Assembly (NCBI GenBank): GCA_964517275.1
Contig: CAZFBL010000003.1
Coordinates: 29,698-50,497, forward strand
Direction: 5' to 3'
Length of the DNA stretch: 20,800 bases
From: an uncultured Candidatus Saccharibacteria bacterium
Lineage (GTDB): Bacteria; Patescibacteriota; Minisyncoccia; Portnoybacterales; UBA2143
The stretch's first letter is position 1; every line of letters begins with the position of its first letter. The notes beneath the pieces are model-generated. The model did no database searches. It saw only the letters and a list, made by a program, of their open reading frames with translations, and had not been told where the DNA came from. Positions 17,143 through 20,800 of this stretch are shown here, one piece after another. The position numbers and the translations under genes were made by a program.

Positions 17143-17171
17143 ACTAGGCTCCAGATTAAGCTTTAAAAAAA

Positions 17172-17209
17172 GAGGTGACGCCATCCAAAGGCATCGCCTC
17201 ATTTTTTTT
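17172..17209 (+). terminator. Rho-independent terminator
   Basis: Hairpin gaggtgacgcc / ggcatcgcctc with a 7-nt loop, followed by a T8 run. Confidence 0.7.
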
Positions 17210-17256
17210 AAAAAGATTGACCGAATGGCAAAGATTGACTAAAATAGAATTGTTTT

Positions 17257-17329
17257 GGGCGTGTAGCTCAGGGGTTAGAGCATTGCTCTTATAAAGCAAG
17301 GGTCGATGGTTCGAATCCATCCACGCCCA
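17257..17329 (+). tRNA. tRNA-Ile, anticodon TAT (UAU)
   Basis: Perfect cloverleaf: GGGCGTG/CACGCCC acceptor, GCTC/GAGC D-stem, TTGCT/AGCAA anticodon stem, loop CTTATAA, GATGG-TTCGAAT-CCATC T-arm. The body resembles bacterial tRNA-Ile. The 3' end is followed by CCC, not CCA. Confidence 0.85.
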
Positions 17330-17333
17330 CCCC

Positions 17334-17407
17334 GGGCGGTTGGCGCAGTTGGTTAGCGCGCGTCGTTGACATCGACGAGGTCAGAGGTTCGAATCCTCTA
17401 CCGCCCA
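17334..17407 (+). tRNA. tRNA-Val, anticodon GAC
   Basis: GGGCGGT/ACCGCCC acceptor, GCGC/GCGC D-stem, CGTCG/CGACG anticodon stem, loop TTGACAT, AGAGG-TTCGAAT-CCTCT T-arm. It starts 4 nt after tRNA-Ile. Confidence 0.88.
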
Positions 17408-17453
17408 CCCCGAGTAAATCTACCTCAAAAGACAAATCTGTCCCCCATCTTCT

Positions 17454-18827
17454 ATGGATCAACGATCTAATCAACAGACTAATTCCCTGAAGCCGCAAAC
17501 CACTCCCAAACCAGAAATACTCAAAGAGTACAAATCGCCTAGGTGGGCTATTGTTTGCATTGCAGCATTTTCTGTTATCGTAGTTGGCTTAGTTAGCTAT
17601 GGCGCTTATCGATATTTTGCTCCTCGACCTGAGTCGGCTGAATTACCAACGGCTGGTGAAGAAGAACTTGCTAATGAATTCGCTAACTGGCAAACCTATC
17701 GCAATGAGGAGTATGGGTTTGAAATAAAACATCCAGAAGATTGGGAAGCATGGGAAAAAACGAGTAAGATTCATTTAGTGGCTCTTGGTTTTGGTTTAAA
17801 AAATCATAAAATAGAGTCTACTGGTTTAAAGAAAGCTATTTTCAATATCTATGTTTATTCAAAAAAAGGATGGGAAGAAACCCAGTCTTGGGGAGAAGAT
17901 TATAAGGCAGAGAAATTAGGCGAGAACAATAAAGACTACATCCTTGCATATCGTTTAAATGATTTAAAGTATTCAGAAGATGTTCTAAAAATTATTTCTA
18001 CTTTTAATGCAATAAATAACTGGCAGGTTTATAGGAACGAAGCATATGATTATGAAATAGAACTGCCAGCTCATTGGGTAGCGTATTCAGAATATGATGG
18101 CTCAGTGATAGAGAAAGCGGACTCTCCGGAGAATTTTCCAGATAATCCATTGATTTTAACTGGGACACCACGCGGAACTGGAGCAATGCCGATTTTAAAC
18201 TTTCAAATCGAATTTATTAGTAATATGACGGTTAGTAAATATAAGAATTCTTTTTTAGGCGATGTTCAGCAATCAACTGAATTACAAGTTAAGAGTGGAC
18301 AAACAGGCATAAAATTAGCCAAGAATGAAAAGGTCTTTTTTCTAATAGAGATGAATAATAATCTTCTTAAAGTTTATTCTTCTGATAGCGAATATATATA
18401 TAACGATAGAATTTTTACTTCCATTAAATTTATTGAACCAGAATCCACTAGTAGTTATAAAACCTACCAAGGAGATTTTTTTGAAGTAAATTATTCTTCT
18501 GCTATCTGGACAGAAGAAAATTGTAAATATCAATTATGTTCCGTAGAGTTTGCTGATGACCAATGTGTAATTAGTGCCGGGCTCTGGCGGAATAAACCCT
18601 GGAATCCAGTTAATATAACAACCTGGGAAATTGGAGAATATTCACCGCAAGTAAAAGAATGGGCTAAAAGTAGTGACGATATTAATGAAATTGAGGTAAT
18701 TTTTGATATAGAGGATGTCGGAACCCGTTCATTCGATTTATTTATCTTCTCACCTAATTTATACGAAAAATGTCAGGATAATTTCAAAGAATTACTTTCC
18801 ACTGTTAGATTTATTGAACAAGAATAG
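17454..18827 (+). CDS. Hypothetical membrane-anchored protein with an internally duplicated W-x2-Y-x-N-E-x-Y-x-[FY]-E-I motif
   Basis: N-terminal polar region, then one TM helix (WAIVCIAAFSVIVVGLVSYGAY). NWQTYRNEEYGFEIKHPEDWEAW is repeated as NWQVYRNEAYDYEIELPAHWVAY. No SD. Markedly lower GC than neighbouring genes. Confidence 0.5.
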   Translation: MDQRSNQQTNSLKPQTTPKPEILKEYKSPRWAIVCIAAFSVIVVGLVSYGAYRYFAPRPESAELPTAGEEELANEFANWQTYRNEEYGFEIKHPEDWEAWEKTSKIHLVALGFGLKNHKIESTGLKKAIFNIYVYSKKGWEETQSWGEDYKAEKLGENNKDYILAYRLNDLKYSEDVLKIISTFNAINNWQVYRNEAYDYEIELPAHWVAYSEYDGSVIEKADSPENFPDNPLILTGTPRGTGAMPILNFQIEFISNMTVSKYKNSFLGDVQQSTELQVKSGQTGIKLAKNEKVFFLIEMNNNLLKVYSSDSEYIYNDRIFTSIKFIEPESTSSYKTYQGDFFEVNYSSAIWTEENCKYQLCSVEFADDQCVISAGLWRNKPWNPVNITTWEIGEYSPQVKEWAKSSDDINEIEVIFDIEDVGTRSFDLFIFSPNLYEKCQDNFKELLSTVRFIEQE

Positions 18828-19203
18828 TTCGGATAAAGTCTCGTAGGGACCACCAAATTGGATTTCGCAAATTTTTTGATGTGGATAAGTTGTTTCGCTC
18901 GCCTCGTCCTCGCTTGGCTCGGGCTCGGCTTCGGAGTCGTTTGGACGGTAGCTAAAACTTCTTGCCAAAATTTTGTTCAAAAACGGTTCGCGCATTTTCA
19001 ATTATAGCCCACCAAATTAAACCAAAAGGATTAATTATTAGCTTAATCATTTTAACAGCCGCTATTGTTATCGGCATTTTCTAATACCCCTTTATTTTCC
19101 TAATTCAAGACAGCCAATCCAGCAATATTCTGTTCGTAGGCCGGGTGAATAATCCCAGCTAATAGTTTTTTAACTTTAAAAAAACCTAAAAAGGAGGGGC
19201 ATC

Positions 19204-19422
19204 ATGGTCAAAAGCAGTGGCGGTGGCGGCAGAGAGACGCCGACAAAAGCGGAAAAGTTTATAATGAGATTCCGTGAAACCGCAAAGAAAAAATCGGGAG
19301 ATCTTTTGAATGAATTATTAGAAGGACGAATAACAGTGTTGGAAGCTCTAGACGGGATGAACAATTTTTTCCAAGGTGCATGCGACACTATTCTAAATAT
19401 CAAAGAGGAGGAAGAAAAATAG
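19204..19422 (+). CDS. Hypothetical small protein (72 aa), Gly-rich N-terminus and acidic C-terminus
   Basis: Very strong SD AAAGGAGGGG 5 nt before the ATG. A strong terminator follows. Confidence 0.5.
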   Translation: MVKSSGGGGRETPTKAEKFIMRFRETAKKKSGDLLNELLEGRITVLEALDGMNNFFQGACDTILNIKEEEEK

Positions 19423-19448
19423 ATCTTTTTCAGTCCCGAAGTTATGAT

Positions 19449-19482
19449 AAAGGGCGCTGGTAAAACCGGGCCCTTTATTTTT
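19449..19482 (+). terminator. Rho-independent terminator
   Basis: 11-bp interrupted stem (aaagggc-g-ctgg / ccgg-gcccttt) with loop taaaa, followed by a T-run. Confidence 0.8.
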
Positions 19483-19591
19483 AAATTCCCGAGCTTGCTT
19501 TTTAGCCAATTTTCTGCTACTTTATGGTTAGTCCGCAAGAGGCGGATACTGAATTTTCTATCCAAATCATAGATTTGGAGAAAATTCGTAC

Positions 19592-19663
19592 GGGCCGGTA
19601 GTTCAGTGGTAGAATATCTCTTTTGCACAGAGAAGGTCGTGGGTCCGATTCCCACCCGGTCCA
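19592..19663 (+). tRNA. tRNA-Ala, anticodon TGC
   Basis: GGGCCGG/CCGGTCC acceptor with the diagnostic G3:U70 wobble pair, anticodon loop TTTGCAC, GTGGG-TCCGATT-CCCAC T-arm. Confidence 0.88.
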
Positions 19664-19664
19664 C

Positions 19665-20396
19665 ATGTCCCTTAAATCAAATCTATCTATCAAGTTAAAG
19701 ATTGTTTATGAAGACAAAGATGTTTTTGCGCTCGAAAAGCCGGCCGGTTTAATGGTTCATCCGATTAGGCCAGAACAAAATGACACCTTAGTTAACGGAT
19801 TAATCGCCTACTATCCGGAAATTAAAAATGTTGGCGACCCTTCGACAAGCTCAGGGCAAATTAATCTGCGGCCAGGCATTGTCCATCGCTTAGACAAAGA
19901 TACTTCCGGCTTAATGATTGTAGCCAAGAATAATCCAGCTTTTGAATATTTAAAAAAGCAGTTCGCCGACCGGAAAGTTGTTAAAAAATATTTAGCTTTG
20001 GTTCACGGCCGGGTCAAAGACAAAAAAGGAACCATTACCAAAGCGATTAGTTTGTCTAAAAAAGACCGCCGAAAGAGAAGCGCCTTATTGGACGATAAAG
20101 CCAAAAAGGCCTGGACCGAATACAGGGTCATAAAAAGATTTAAAGATTATACTTTACTGAAAGTCCGAATTAAGACCGGCCGGACTCATCAGATTAGAGT
20201 TCATTTAGCCTCCATTGGTCATCCAGTGGCCGGCGACCAGCAATACAAATTCAAAAGGCAGCCGGAATTGGCTGGTTTGAAAAGACAATTTCTTCATGCC
20301 GCTTACTTGAAATTAAAATTACCTAATGGTAAGCTAATTGAGCTTAAATCAAAACTACCGGAAGATTTAGAAAGAGTTTTAAGAATTTATGAATAA
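19665..20396 (+). CDS. RluA-family pseudouridine synthase (no S4 domain)
   Basis: Catalytic motif [16 protein letters not shown] and [20 protein letters not shown]. The first ATG is in the same frame as the track ORF and lies 2 nt after the tRNA-Ala 3' end. Confidence 0.8.
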   Translation: MSLKSNLSIKLKIVYEDKDVFALEKPAGLMVHPIRPEQNDTLVNGLIAYYPEIKNVGDPSTSSGQINLRPGIVHRLDKDTSGLMIVAKNNPAFEYLKKQFADRKVVKKYLALVHGRVKDKKGTITKAISLSKKDRRKRSALLDDKAKKAWTEYRVIKRFKDYTLLKVRIKTGRTHQIRVHLASIGHPVAGDQQYKFKRQPELAGLKRQFLHAAYLKLKLPNGKLIELKSKLPEDLERVLRIYE

Positions 20397-20745
20397 AATC
20401 GACTCATTCAATAAAAAACAAATTAAAGAAGAAATTCCCGAAATCAGACCGGGTTATACGGTCCGGGTCCATCAAAAAGTGAAAGAAGGCGACAAAGAGA
20501 GAATTCAAATCTTTGAAGGTTTAGTTATCGCCTGCAAACACGGCCGGGGCGTAAACGGGACAATCACCGTCCGAAAGATTAGTCAGGGATTTGGCGTAGA
20601 GAGAATCTTCCCGCTTCACTCGCCGGTTATCGAGAAAATAGAAGTGGTAAAAAAACATAAAGTCCGACGGGCCAAACTTTACTATATTCGTCACAAAACA
20701 GCCAAACAGGCCCGGCTGAAAGAAAAAATAGAAAAAAAGAAATAG
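20389..20745 (+). CDS. rplS: 50S ribosomal protein L19
   Basis: [35 protein letters not shown]...[28 protein letters not shown] is the bL19 signature. It overlaps the upstream stop (ATGAATAA). Confidence 0.9.
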   Translation: MNKIDSFNKKQIKEEIPEIRPGYTVRVHQKVKEGDKERIQIFEGLVIACKHGRGVNGTITVRKISQGFGVERIFPLHSPVIEKIEVVKKHKVRRAKLYYIRHKTAKQARLKEKIEKKK

Positions 20746-20800
20746 GCCCAGGTGGCGGAATTGGCATACGCGGCAGCTTGAGGAGCTGTGCTCGAAAGGG
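20746..20800 (+). tRNA. tRNA-Leu (anticodon GAG), 5' portion truncated by the window end
   Basis: GCCCAGG-TG-GCGG-AATTGGCAT-ACGC-G-GCAGC-TTGAGGA-GCTGT, then the start of a long variable arm. It closely parallels the tRNA-Leu(TAG) at 1623-1706 and begins the base after the rplS stop codon. Confidence 0.7.

Noticed and set aside
17289-17498. 69-aa minus-strand ORF overlapping tRNA-Ile and tRNA-Val
   Set aside because: It overlaps two perfect tRNA cloverleafs and is a translation artefact.
18847-19019. 10-bp direct repeat ccaccaaatt at ~18849 and ~19010
   Set aside because: It is short enough to occur by chance in an AT-rich 20-kb window. There is no flanking inverted-repeat or target-site-duplication structure suggestive of a mobile element.
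19176-19664. 162-aa minus-strand ORF overlapping the small + gene, its terminator and tRNA-Ala
   Set aside because: It overlaps a tRNA and an SD-supported + gene. Low-complexity product, no RBS.

Overview
This 20.8-kb window looks like a gene-dense fragment of a small bacterial genome. Moderate AT-richness, short intergenic spacers, a truncated two-domain S1 protein and tRNAs without encoded CCA fit an uncultivated CPR/Patescibacteria-like organism, though that placement is inference. The housekeeping genes are confidently recognisable: gyrA, ftsH, rplS, an RluA-family pseudouridine synthase, an S1-domain protein, an MBL-fold hydrolase, a HAD hydrolase and a SAM-dependent methyltransferase. 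There are six tRNA genes: Leu-TAG, Ile-TAT, Val-GAC, Ala-TGC, and a partial Leu-GAG cut by the window end. Two accessory-looking blocks stand out.

The first (about 1750-6644) lies next to tRNA-Leu. It starts with a textbook sigma70 promoter driving an SPFH/band-7 membrane protein and a 5-TM protein whose C-terminal domain resembles the Pseudomonas LecA (PA-IL) galactose-binding lectin. A GT2 glycosyltransferase fused to a large polytopic membrane domain follows.

The second (6790-7957, minus strand) is three tandem paralogous small membrane proteins with a TrbC/VirB2-pilin-like architecture. One of them carries a CxxCH motif.

Other observations: two overlapping ~47-codon single-TM sORFs with perfect Shine-Dalgarno sites directly downstream of ftsH; a UAU-anticodon tRNA-Ile; a perfect 11-bp inverted repeat in the 5' UTR of the S1-ftsH operon; a low-GC hypothetical gene sandwiched between tRNAs; and mRNA starts and stops abutting tRNA ends. 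The six-frame track also lists many antisense ORFs overlapping these genes, which I judged spurious.
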